Below the pieces are notes generated by a model. That model did not search any database and had not been told where the DNA came from. It saw nothing but the letters and a program-made list of their open reading frames with translations. The translations under genes were made by a program, and so were the position numbers. Below, piece after piece: positions 28,313 through 41,261 of a stretch of DNA of 64,000 nucleotides. Origin of the DNA: Harriotta raleighana (Eukaryota). The stretch's first letter is position 1; every line of letters starts with the position of its first letter. The stretch lies in the NCBI GenBank assembly GCA_050575255.1, contig JBNZDD010013679.1, positions 1,973,367 through 2,037,366 of the forward strand, in the 5' to 3' direction.

Positions 28313-30179
28313 AGAAGACAATTGTGGAACACCATCACTTTTAAGTGTTTGTACTCAAAGCTGCACATTCAAGTTGACGGGTCTAATTTGCAAGACTAAG
28401 AAAATAATTTGTAAAGCCGTACGGTTAGATTGGTTTGAAAGGTCAGATTCAATCGCTGATTCTGGAATCCACTATATTGTGAGGTCAAAATATAATAACA
28501 ATAGTATTCATTATTAGAATATTATTTTGAGGTTGAAAAGGAGATTGGCAACTAAATAAACTTTCAGGCACTCAGTGAAACACAACTTGGAGGGAGCATT
28601 GTTATGAATTCAGTTTTTTTTAAATGCTTTCATGAATTGGATTCCAGTAAATCAATACAGATGTCCTCACAGCAGACAGAGAGTTGTTTACAGAAAACAT
28701 GAAGAAGTGAGCAAGCTGGCTTTCACAGCCCATGTATAATATGCCCTCTGATAGACCACTTACGAGTACACTTGAGTGAGGTGAGTCAGTGTAGGTGAAA
28801 GTTGAAATGCATAAATTGTGGGAATTGTCTATTTGTGCTTCCAACTGTGTTATTCAATATTTGCATTTTGTGGGTGACTCCCAACAGCAAAGGCTTTGGG
28901 GAATGTAGGATTCTGGAAGTCTGAGCAGCAAGAGGTAGGTCATTCTGGAATCGGCGAGACATGGGATTCATGCTCAATACAGTATTGAAGCATATAACAA
29001 CAACAACAAAATTACATTAATAGAGCGCCTTTCATGTCAGGAGGACATCCCAAAGAATATACTACATGGGGCAATAACATTGCACTGCTGGGAGTCATCT
29101 GAGCAATGCAAGTATTGAACAGAATAGTTTGTAACCCAATTCAGTCGTTAACTATCCCACACATAATGAAATATTGCCTTGTACCTATCCCCAAATTGCT
29201 CTTTGTAGTTCATAAACCTGTGTTGTTATTCCGCTGTAGCAGTGCATCTGAAAATAATGGAAGGACAAGGGCTCAATGGGCCAAGTAGTCTTTTGCCTAT
29301 GAATTACGAACTTTGTCTTTGTAACACAATACTGAAGACAGGTAAATGCTGGATTTCGACTGTGCACAAATAAGTTTTTACTCCACCCTGGACCATAATG
29401 ATCAGTGCCTTTGCATTGATAAAATGTAGCCTTCTGCCAGGACTATTAAGTATCTTGGGACATCCTCAAGACATGAAAGACCCTATATATATATATATAT
29501 ATATACATAAATAAATTTGTATTGCAAGTACAGATGTTCACTGCTGAAAATTTAACAATTGTGCTAAAAGATCATCAGCTCACAGCATAAAGATACCATC
29601 AGCCCATCTCGCCATTTGATTAGTTTACAACAATGCTTGAATCCAGTTTCATGGTTCCTCCTGTCCCATGATCCCTGAATACTGTACCCTTACTTAGCAA
29701 GTATTTATTTCTCCTCCTTTTAAACATTCCAATTGATTCTGCCTCTACAGCTTCCTGCTGTTACAGTGCATTCTTGTATTAGATTACCAAACCGTAAATA
29801 ATAGTTTAAGGAAGCAAGTCTGTGGTATGAAAATAAGATAGGACTGTTATAAGCCTGAGAGAAGTGTAACTGTTTCTGTTGATACTGTGATTTGTTTTAC
29901 ACAATTTTTGAATGATCCATTTTCGAATTTTTTTTTCCATTTCAGGCAAATAATCTATTGTCACAGATAGCACCAAAGACCAATGTTGGATTGAAGCTGA
30001 TAACATGACAGAATTTCGCTTGTGGATTTTACTCAAAATATCTCATGAGCTCTTCAAAGCCATGCTAGAGATTGGCAGTGAAGTTGTACTCAGGTTTCTG
30101 AAGAAACTCTACATGTCATTCAAGATACTCAGAATCAGGTGGACAGCTAAAATGAAAAGGAATCAAAGCAGCTACTAGT

Positions 30180-30637
30180 AAGACTGAGGCCCTCCTGATC
30201 GGCTCGCGTCAACGCCTCCGCACCTCAGGTGCTGACACCAGCAGCATCCAAGGCTGCACTCTCCACCTCTCTAAGCCAGTCAGGGCCTCTTGTTCGATCC
30301 TGCACTGTCCTTCCTCCCCCACATCCGCACCATGACCAGTACTCCCTTCGCCCACCTTTGCAACATCGCCAGACTCCGCCTGCTCCATGCCCTCGCCCGA
30401 CCCGCCCTACCATTGGCGGACGGGCTTTCAGCCTTTCTGCCCCCACATTCTGGAATTCCAACCCACAGTCTCAAGGCCCTCCTCTTCGACCATGCCTTTG
30501 GCTGCCCTCCCAAATCTCTCCTGCTCCCCACTACCCTGCCCATCTCCCTTAATCTGGTCGCAACCTGACTGTTCAGTGCCTTGGGACATCCTCCCGATGT
30601 GAAAGGTGCTCTATAAATTAATTTTGCTGTTGTTGTA
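30180..30637 (+). mobile_element. L2 3' fragment with internal deletions
   Basis: KTEALLIG, FDPALSFLPHIR, IGGRAFSLSAPTFWN and the family tail. Confidence 0.85.
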
Positions 30638-33600
30638 GTAAACTAATACAAATAACAGACTTGCATTGCCTAGGTTAGGTATATGGTAACTGCTATGTAA
30701 TACTGGAGGAGCAATGTCTCTTTAGGGGAGCCATCCTTCGGATATGACGTTTTTAGGTCTGTTTGTTTAGGTGGATATTAAAGATCCTATGGAATGATTT
30801 GAGAAGGAAGGTGCCCTGGCCAACAATTCTCCAAATAGAATAAACGAGCAATTCACTTCATGGTTAGATGTGGTATTCTGGTGTGCACAAATTGGCCAAC
30901 AATCCAATACAGTTGCTGTACTTTATAGAAGCTTTGAGACACTTATAGTGATTTTATCAATTGCAAAGATTACTATGTCAAACATTGAAAAAGAAACTAA
31001 ATGGAAGGGTGGAAGTTCAAGACCTGCCGAGCAAAGCTGTGCACAACAAGAGAGAGAAAAATAAAGCCTAGAAGCTGATATCATAATTTAAGAGCGACAG
31101 TAACTGACCAGAACACGATATCAAGAAAAAACTCAGTGCTGGTCCTGTGTTGGAAGCACAGTATATCCCAAACATGTAAATAAATTCTAAAGAAATGCTT
31201 GATGTTAATTCAAGCATCTCTTTAGAGATGGAAGGCTTTGGGTTCTGCTAAAAGAAAAACAACTACCGACTAATTTTCAAACTAGAGTGATAGCCTGAAG
31301 CAAATCTTATTGAAAAGATTAATCTAAGAAAACAAAGATCCAATGCCCTGAAAATGCTATTAACAAAAATGTTACAGTATTGCTTAACTGATCTTTTAAA
31401 TACATCCCCAAGATAGTAATTGCAGGGAAGCCACATTTGGACTCCCAAAGTAAATTATAAGGCTGCAGTTCAGTCCCTATAACATATAACCAGAGTCTTT
31501 CTCACAGACACATTTTAAGAAAGCAATCGTTCAATAATACATTTTGTATTCAAAAGTAGGGCACATCAAAAAGGTTTTGTTTGACTGCTCAGTCATTTGA
31601 GCTCATTGTACATGGAGATCAATCTGCTATTTATATACGGATACCTTTGCAAAAAGTACAATTTCTCATACATTATAGAGAAAGAACTGTGAACCTAAAA
31701 TATATATTTTCTATCAAACTTCTTTAAAGTCACAAGTTGAGTCAACAGAACTGGATCTTCCAGCATCTTTTAGGCTGGCAAGGTCCCAGTGTGATGTTGG
31801 ATGCTGGAAGCCAATATGACAAGTATGACCCACTCTCCCAGCAGGGGATACATCCCTTGAGTTGAGCAGTGAAGGAAAAAAAGCAACCTGGTGAAGAATA
31901 TTTTGTAATACTACTCAGGGAGGGTTTTATTCTATGAGAACACAGCTAGGAGGATGAGCATGTTCAAGTCAGAAAGGGTTCAATTGAAAAGGAAAAATAT
32001 TCACCTGCAAATAAGGTGACCTTCAAATACTGCAGAGAAAATGGCTGAACGGAAACTCCAAACACATTTTATACAGAGCGCTTTCACCAACCAGTCTCTA
32101 AAGTATTCACTCCCTACACCTCATTTCATCTACAATTTCAAAGTGGAACGTTGCCCACTTATAATGGTAACCATTGTTTCATTGCAGAGAAAACAGCTTT
32201 TTTCATTTGTTCATGACTGCTCATTTCTGCATCCAGATATGAACACATAGAAAATTAATCAGTGCTAATTTGGTGTTAAATTTGTTTCCCTTCCCCTCTC
32301 GAAAAAGGTGTCCGAAAGTGTGCAATGGCTTAAACAAGAATGCTGTTTAATTATAGCAAATAAATCCATTTGAAGATATTCCTCTTACAATGGCACATCC
32401 TCTTAATCTTAGCTGATATATATTTCACACATTTGAGAACTTGGGAGTTTTCCTTTAAAAGACAGCAGCAACAAAGTTTGTGTGAAAACGTCATAAAGAT
32501 TGCGGGTGGGGAGAGTGCGATGGCACCTCGGGGAAGGGGGAGCAGTCAGGTGTCTGACACACACAGGAATCAATCATCATCATCATCATTATTATACAGT
32601 GGGTCACTCAATTCACAACTGTAGGACACTAATGTGCACAACCGACTACCATATTTTACCTACAAATACTGTATAAGGTCAATTCATTTTACAGTATATT
32701 CTGTGAAGCGCTTTGTAATTGATGCACCTCAATAAATCTGCTCCAACTTTTTTGTTGCCGCTGGAGTAAAGTATAAATTCATAAGAATTCAAATTCTGTT
32801 CTTGTGCCAGTGGCCCTGTTTCTTTTTGGATCCCAAGTCCTGTATTGTCAGACATGATGCAGGCAATGATTGCACGATAGGAATGGACTGAAGGAGATGC
32901 TTGCACAGTTGAGGCATGCTGAACGATGCTGCACACGGAACCTAAGTTTCTTATAGAAAATTATTGCTGTGCAGATAAACTATTCTTGCTTCTTAATTTT
33001 GTACTTGGTATTTTACCTAAAGATTTCATTTTTCAAAACTCACTGAAGCAGCATCTCACGCCATGTATAATCTGATGCGATCCTTGTGTGTGAGACAAGT
33101 CATATGCGACATTAATTTCAAATGAGATTTATAAGCCCTCCTCCACTCACTTGGTCAGTAACGACCCTAATGTTAATCAGACCCTAACGTTATACCCAAA
33201 CGGCTGTCATGCCGACCAGAAAGATGAAGTCTTGTAAGACACCAAAAAAGGGTCCCATATAATAGTCCTGGTATTTGATTGCAGCATTTTCTCACATAAT
33301 TGAGATGCTTCAAAGCACTTCACTCAAGTAAAGTGTGGTGACTAATTTGTCGGTGAATGCAGGAGTCATATTGTCTCGATGTCTCACAAACAGCTATGAA
33401 GCAAATGATCAATTCTATCAGGACATTGTTGGCAAGAACTCCCTTCTCTAAAATAACGCGATTGTTTTTGAGACCATACTCTTGTAAATTGTATTCTTCA
33501 GTTTCCAACATACAATCTCACTACAGTACTGCATAGTGTTGTTTAATCTTAGTGAGAAAGAGGAGGAAAATAACAAAAAAGTAAACATTTAGTCTACTTA

Positions 33601-34693
33601 AATAGATTCATAGATGGTGCCAAAATTCAGTCAGTCTTTTGTTGTCATCCATTTACTGCTCAGATGTCTTTTCATCGTCTTAATAAATGATGCAGATGAC
33701 AGGTTCCAAATCTGTCAGCACAATACTTTCTATTTGATAATCTCAAGACTCATCACCACTTCCATAACTTTCAGAAGGAAGCCTTAGTTGAATTAAATTG
33801 CCAAGTACAGCAGCACAGTGGTAATCTTAATGGAACAATAACTCAAAGATCATTGGTTGAAACCCCTCTATTCCCATTGCATAGTTTGAATTACATTTGA
33901 GTTAGCATAGCACCAAAAACAATCCTTCAGTGAAAGAAATCCAAAATCCTTATCCTGCATCTAATCCATATCACAAGGAGTCAGTCACCGCCACTGTTAA
34001 ATACTTAAGATGCTACTTACGTGAAGGACGCTATATAAGTGAGTAATTATTGTATGGCCCTCAATACCCTCTGAAATGGCCAGGTTACCAACTACCCCAA
34101 TTACTGGCCAGGACTCTAGGACCAACTCCCATTTCTTTGAGGTGAGATCTTTAATATCTATCTGAAATAACATCAACTGAATAGGGGAATCCAATCACAA
34201 AATAAAGTTGCCTTTGTGTATGCCAAGGCAATAGTTTTTTTATCCTGTTACTGATTGGGCTGCTGCTCGTAAGAAAAGCTAATTGGATGAATGGAAGTTG
34301 GTGTGATTTATTTTTTACATGCAGGATGTAAGAAATTCTTATACAGTAATCCCCCCTCTCCCCATCTTAACTGAAATTTATACACAACTAGAACAAAAGT
34401 GGAAACCTTGTTTTAAAAAACCCTTCGGCCCACTCGAATGCGGATTCTCACTGGCCCACTATCACACTCCCACCTCATCACACTCCTGGCCTTCAGAGAC
34501 AGACTTTGACTCATTTGAATCGAGGAGAAGGTAACTTATTACACACAGGATTCAAGCAATTACAATGCCAGTAGACATTTATTTACCGGCATAGAAAAAA
34601 GCCAGCGCTGATAAAAGCTGGCACCGACTGGCATTGTAATTACATTCAGCTAGAAATTCTGATTCTCTAGACTGGATCTCCATTGGTACAGAC

Positions 34694-35809
34694 ATCCTGT
34701 AGCTCAGTGGTTAGAGCACTCGCCTTACAAGCATGAGACCTGTGTTCAAATCCGGGCAGATCAGGGCGAAACCTTGGGCACGTTTCCTTACTCCACACTC
34801 CTAAAAATAATCCGTCCCCACTCCCTCAAAAAATTGATCATTTCAATCCCTGACTGTTTGTGGGACACTGCTGTGCGCAATTTGCTGCCACGTTTTGCCT
34901 ACAAATATACAGTCAATTTACTTTACTGTATATTCTGTGAAGTAGTTAACCCTGATCGAAGGCGACTTTATCAATTGTGAATTTAAGTATGCTCGATGAA
35001 ACAAAAGCATCACTTTTTTGTGCAGTGCGCGTAAAACTTGTGTATACGTGCTGGCTGGCCCCCGTGGATGAAGATGCCGATAGCTCCCGACTACATCCGA
35101 TGATTCCTCGGCTGGCTGGATCCGCGTGCACGCGCATTTTTGACGAGGCCGGCAGATCCCGACTAAAGCTGATGATTCCTCGGCTGGCTGGCCCTGCGCA
35201 GAATACATTCCTGGGTAAATACAATAACGCTTCGGCCTCGGAGAATCCTATTGGATTGCATGGTGAACAGAAGAGACAGAGAGACAGGATCCTACAGTAA
35301 TGTAGCCTAATCTACCCTGTTGTTTTATTGCTTTTTTTATTGCTTTACTGCTTTTTTTTATAGCAATAAAGCGATAACAAAGCTTCTGCCCTCCCGCCAG
35401 CCCCCGAGCGGCTCTCTGCCCGCCACCTCCCCGAGTCCCCACCGCCTGCTGCTCTCCCCGATTTCTCTCTGCCTTCCTCCCGGGCTGCCCTGATTTGCCC
35501 ACTTTCCACGTGATAGGAGAGACAACAGCAGGAAGAGTGGGGGGGAGTGAGGAGCGGGCCAGCCAGCTGAAGTCCACCTTAGTAGGCACCTTGCATCCAA
35601 TGTGCTTGGAGGCTTGAGGTGGGTAGCCTGCGAGTGGATTCCCCTAACCCCCTTTTCCCCATTACTTCTTATGCTTCTCCAACGCGATTTTGTTGAGTGC
35701 ACAGTTTCCCAGGAAAGTAATCCCCGCGATTTACAAGAGTTAACTGTATCTTGAGACATCGATAAGATGTGAAAAGCGCTGCATCAAATGCAAGGATTAT
35801 TATTATTAT
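34694..35809 (+). mobile_element. tRNA-derived Deu-domain SINE interrupted by the 34943-35748 insertion
   Basis: Head tcctgtagctcagtggttagagcac...gttcaaatcc (A/B boxes), core tgtttgtgggacactgctgtgcgcaatttgctgcc, tail tcaaatgcaaggattattatt. Confidence 0.85.
34943..35748. mobile_element. CpG-rich Tc1/mariner-like non-autonomous element nested in a SINE
   Basis: Ends TAGTTAACCCT ... AGAGTTAACTG|TA (short TIR, left end eroded); splits the SINE between tattctgtgaag and ttgagacatc; internal direct repeat tcccgacta..gatgattcctcggctggctgg x2. Confidence 0.7.
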
Positions 35810-37104
35810 GTGAAAGTGAGCCACTGAGGATGACTGCTCATAAATCCCCAAAGCACAGCTATGATTACAAAATAGTCTCAGGTCCAATAATTAATCAGCA
35901 TCTTTTAGGCGCAATGGGTATTCTTTACACTGCACCTCCTAAAACTGATGCATTTCGCACTTTGGAACTGAACTTTTTTATTGGTTGATACAATTCCAAT
36001 ATAACTACCCTCTCCACCTGAACATTAACACAAGGACCCATGAGGTGAAAAGTGCACATGAATTAAAACATCCCATAACCTGTTACAGTTGCATGGCATG
36101 TTGCAGCAGTCACTGTGCTGAGGTCTCAGCACATCCACCCCCAGACTACTCGGCCTAAAATAAACAGTATACAAGGGGGAAAAAAAGACAATCTGGCAGG
36201 CAATTGAGAAAAAGTAGCATTTTGCTTCACCAGCTGGAATATTATAAAGGTTAAAAACGCTCAGTGCCATTGTAAACAGTGGTATAATCATCTTTAAATC
36301 AAAGGATTTTTATTTTTTCATACAAGACTGTCCCCAAATAGATTACACACATTTGATATAACGCCTCATCATGTTTTCAGGACATGTGAATGCACTTCAG
36401 AATATACTGTAGTGTACTGATTACATTTTGNATACAAGACTGTCCCCAAATAGATTACACACATTTGATATAACGCCTCATCATGTTTTCAGGACATGTG
36501 AATGCACTTCAGAATATACTGTAGTGTACTGATTACATGGGTGAAACGCGGCAGTCAATTGCGCACAGAGGTGTCCCACAAATTGTAGTGGATTGAGGGA
36601 ACAAATTATTTTTTTTGGAGGGATTACCACCCTTAGAAAGTGATTCATGAATTATATAACAACTTACAAGAACAACTTGGATTTCTACAGCGACCTGCAT
36701 GCTGGACGGTGTCTCAGCGGAGATAGGTTAGAGAGGTAGAGGGGGTGCAGAGGAGTGGAGGGATTTAAACATGAGAATGAGGATCTTGAAGTCGATCCGC
36801 TCTATGATCGGGAGCCAGTGAAGTCTGGCAAGGACTAGGCTAATCGGGGAGTGAAGTTTGGTTCGGTTGAGAATGCTGGTGGCGGAGTTCTGTATGAGCT
36901 GGTGCTGGAGCTGGACCGGATGTGGGGGAGGAAGGATAATAATAATCTTTGCATTTTATTAGTGTTTTTCACATCTTCTATAGATCTCACAGCGCTTCAC
37001 AGAATATATATACTGTAAAACAAATTGGCTGGATATATGTGGGCAAAACGTGGCAGCCAATTTCGTACAGCAGCATCCCACAAACAGTGGATAATTGGAG
37101 GTCG

Positions 37105-37700
37105 AACCCAGCACCGATTTTAGAGGCAGTTTAGGTGGGTGGAGGAGATGAGAGCCGTAGGACTGAAGATGTCGACAAGAGCCAAAGAGTATAGCTTCCG
37201 TCTTGTCAATGTTTAACTGCAGGAAATTTGCACTCATCCAGCTCTTGATGTCTGACAGACAGGCTGACAGAACATCAAGGGACTGGGGGTCGCAATTTGA
37301 AGTGGAAAAATAGAGTTGGATGTCATCCGCCTACATGTGGAGGTTTACCCATGTCTGCAGATGACATCACTAAGAGGGAGCAGGTAGATAAGGAAGAGAA
37401 GGGGGACAAGGATGGATCCTTTGGGTACCCCCGCAGGTCACCGGATGAGGGCGGGAGGAAAAGCCTTTTGTAGATATATACTGCTGGTGGTTTGTGAGGT
37501 AGGACTCGAACCAAGCGAGTACGATCCCACTGAGGTGGATGACGTAGGACAGGTGGTGGAGGAGGTTGACATGATCGACTGAGTTGAAGGCAGCGGAGAG
37601 ATCCAGGAGGACAAGGAGGCAGAAGGAGCCCTGGTCACAGATAGAGAGGAGATATTTTGTGACTTTCACAAGCACAGTCTCTGTACTGAGGGCAGGGCAG
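37105..37700 (-). mobile_element. L2 RT fragment
   Basis: LLVLLDLSAAFNSVDH, LAWFESYL, PQGSIL, NFLQLNIDKTEAILFG. Confidence 0.88.
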
Positions 37701-40700
37701 ATTTACAATTACAATTCTCGATAAGAATGGTGTGTACAGTCAGATAAATTTGCGTAAAATTCCCACCTTGCCTGGGAATCAAACCCGGGTTATTTCACTT
37801 ACACAATGAGCATGCTAATCACTAAACTACAGAACTCCATCTAACTAGATAACCCCCTCAACCGCCCCACCCACTCCTCACCCCACCCACAAACCCATAC
37901 CATTCTATGATAGCCAACCATCCCACCCTCCAGTCTCATCCTCCCCAAATCACTCTCACTTCATGTCCAATTATTCATCTGCTCTTCAGTTGGCTGCCGC
38001 ATTTCACTCCAAATAGTCAATTCACTTTACAGTTTATTCTGTGAAGATGTCTGGAAAAGCGCTATATCAAATGCAAGGATTATTATGTAAAATGATTCAG
38101 TTGGTAAGCACAAAATAGCCCAGAGAAGCAATGAATGGAGAGTTTAATATGTGAAGGAGAGGAAAAGTTTGTTTAATTCACGCTCATGGCTTACTTTACA
38201 CTAGGAAATAAATGAAATAAAATAGAAACCCCATGGTTAAGCTTGGCAAGCCTTGGTCTCATCATTATGTAAAATGTCTTCATGTTTGAGCAAGAGGAAT
38301 TTCTGCACAACATCCACCACTCGGTAGTTTTCCAATTGAAAAGACTGTCTAACATTTCAAGGAAAGCTTTTTCTTCCTCTCCTTTCACTTCATTCATGTG
38401 CCAATTAACAAAATCCAGGTGGGATATATTAGCCAAAGTATTTAACTGCAAATATTTTAAGATAATAGAACACCATATGGTTGCAAGCAAAACAAACTTT
38501 TTTTTGGAAGCAATCTGAATTCTGAGATTGGTAGCAAGGCAGCCACACAATCTGTTGTATCTGGATTTCAGACATATAGTAAAATTAAGACTTCTTCATG
38601 GTGCTAAATTCTCAGAATATCAGTGGAAATTCCTTCATATAGGTCCATAAATACACATTCAACATTAAAACTTTTGGCATTAAAATTAATGCAGTATTTT
38701 GAGCAGGATTTGAATAATTCAGGGGTTGTTCCAATTTGAGCTTCTCTCTTTCCCTCAACACTGCTAGTCAGAAATTGCACATCATTCAAAGCTCCAGTGC
38801 CCCACCTCCATCAAGCCTCACAAGCACCGCATCTTTCTTCCCTCATATTTACTCCCCAGGTTTCCAAGACGAACAAAGAAGCTGTTTTCTAGATGCAGTT
38901 GGTCACGTTTACAGGACTGATACAAGTTGGATTCCTTCCGCATCTCAGTCTTCTGCTTTTACTTTGCCTATAGTGCCTTTCACATCAGGAGGATGTTTCA
39001 ATGCTTCACAGGATATACTGTAATTATTGTAATTTCCAGCACCTTGGGACATCCTCCCAATGTGAGAAGTGCTATAAAAATGCCATGAAGTGAATGACTA
39101 AATTAACTGTTGTGTTGGGGTCATTGGTCAGGCCAAGAGGAGACATTCCTTTCTCTTTTTAATAGCACCATGGGATCTTTACTGCCTACCCAAAGAGGCA
39201 GACTGGACCTCAGTTTAAATGTCTCATCTGATGGACCTCCAATAATGCAGCAGCCCCCAGCAGTGCACTGCACCCCGTCCCCAACCTGTGGCTTGAAACC
39301 ATAACCTGTTGCAGAAGTCAAAGTGCTACCATCAGAGTCAGACTGACAAAAAAAAAAACTTTTTTAATAGTTAATTTGTTAACATAGAGCAATATAGTGA
39401 CTACTTGGGTCAATTCAGACAGGTTCAGCTAACAGCTTGTGTACGTACATCTGCATCACCACAGTCCAGTTAACTTCATTTGGAGGGAAGGAAAAAACAG
39501 CCACAGATGAAGCTTCCAAGTTAGCAACCTTTTCTCCCTCATCAAAATAAGAGTAACTTAACATTCATATTGATGCAATGCCACAGCTTTAAAATAGCCA
39601 GAGCTTTTTGATAATAGCATTGATGCCTGCTACAAATTAAAACTTCCAATCATGATGTTGCCTGCTGCAGGCAGCTTTATGGTTGGAGCTTATAGATTGT
39701 ACTCAATATTAAAAGTTATTCGCAATATATCCACTCCATTTTTCAGAATCCTACATTTTGGGATCATAACACAAAACTGCAATTTATCTGTTGGAAGGAA
39801 AAAACATTGCTTTAAATAGCAGAATGCTCTTTGCTGAATTTGTGCTTTTTCAATAAGAAAAAGTAACTCAGAAGATCCTCAGAACATCTTAAAGCAGATC
39901 GAGAACATCCAGTTCATTCTATAATGAGTAAAAATAAAAATAAAACAGACTCTCTTGGGAACTCCTAGTTGCTTTACCCGGTGGAAAATAGTGTCCAATT
40001 GAATTGAAGGATGTTGAGCAAACATCAAACCTCATCTGGCACAACAACCTGCGGTTGATTCATGCAGTATTTGACATTCAAGTTATACCTGGAGAGTGCG
40101 GACTGAAAGCCCATGGCTGTAACATGAGAAGTTTCACAAGGCTTCAAGTTTTGGTGTAGAGCATTGCTCAAAGCCAGTGACTCAACCCAGAAGGCTTATA
40201 TTGCCCAAGAGTAGCATGAATTTGAATTGGTTATTCAATATCTTCAAGGTGATTGTAGGATTTGTATTATGAAAATGCAAAATAGGAGGCACAACAGAAC
40301 CAGAGGTACAAGTTATTTAGCAAATGAAAATTCTAACAAATTGGATAAGTATCTGGGCTTGAGAATATAGGAATAAGTGCCCATCAAAATATACAGTTGG
40401 TGTGGGGGACAAAGAAAGGAAGTCTGTGGGTTGTGTGCGGAGGTAGCACATTTGATAGCAGCATGTCGGGATAAAAAAAATGCTCTTTAAAACACATCCT
40501 GTTTCTTTAAAAAGCATTGTTTATGTTAAAAAAAACTTCAACAAATGTCATTAAGTGGACAAACCCTCTACAGGCCAAGTGGAATTGCTTTTTTTCAGTT
40601 CCCAAAACAAATTTATCTGGGTTCCTGACTGCGATTTGATTTTCATTTTCAAAATGTTCTCTGATCAGCTGAAGTGTGTAAACAAAAATTATTTGGAGAT

Positions 40701-40968
40701 ATGTCACCATGATCAATCTCAGGCCCATTTCACGGACAGGGTAGAGAACAGATTTATAACCCTCTTTATCTGGTCAAGATAGCGAATATTGGAAGTTAGA
40801 AGTCACCTGAATGATGATCAATTACATTTATAGAATGGTATCACTACTAAATCGTCAAGATGAATCCATCAATTCTGATCTTGGGCATCAGTGGCAATGA
40901 GATCGAATTGTGTAATATTTGCTTTGGGCTTAAACGCATGTGCATACAGTACAGTACTAAGGGTATAC

Positions 40969-41261
40969 TAATAATAATCCTTTCATTTTATATAGCGCTT
41001 TTCACGTCTTTGACATCTCAAAGCGCTTCACAGAATATACTGTAAAGTGAATTGATTATATTTGTGGGCGGAATGCAGCAGCCAAATGCGTAAAGCAGTA
41101 TCCCACAAACAGTCATGGATTGAGTGACCCAATTTTTTTTTAGGGATTATTATTATTAGGCATGTGGAGTAAGGAAACTTGCCCAGGGTTTCACCCAGCC
41201 TAGAATCAAACCCAGGTCTCTCGCTTGTGAGGCGAGTGCTCTAACCAGAGATTCAGGACTC
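40969..41261 (-). mobile_element. Deu-domain SINE (minus), head-to-head with the next copy
   Basis: Reverse complement of the family consensus: aataataatcc...cccacaaacagt...gagtgctctaacca. Confidence 0.85.

Noticed and set aside
34694-34765. tRNA-like sequences (also ~18255, 41519, 42202, 55536)
   Set aside because: They are SINE heads that run into the Deu core and tail; no complete acceptor stem was found, so not tRNA genes.
36320-36540. ~108-bp tandem duplication around N at 36431
   Set aside because: Same N-junction assembly artefact.
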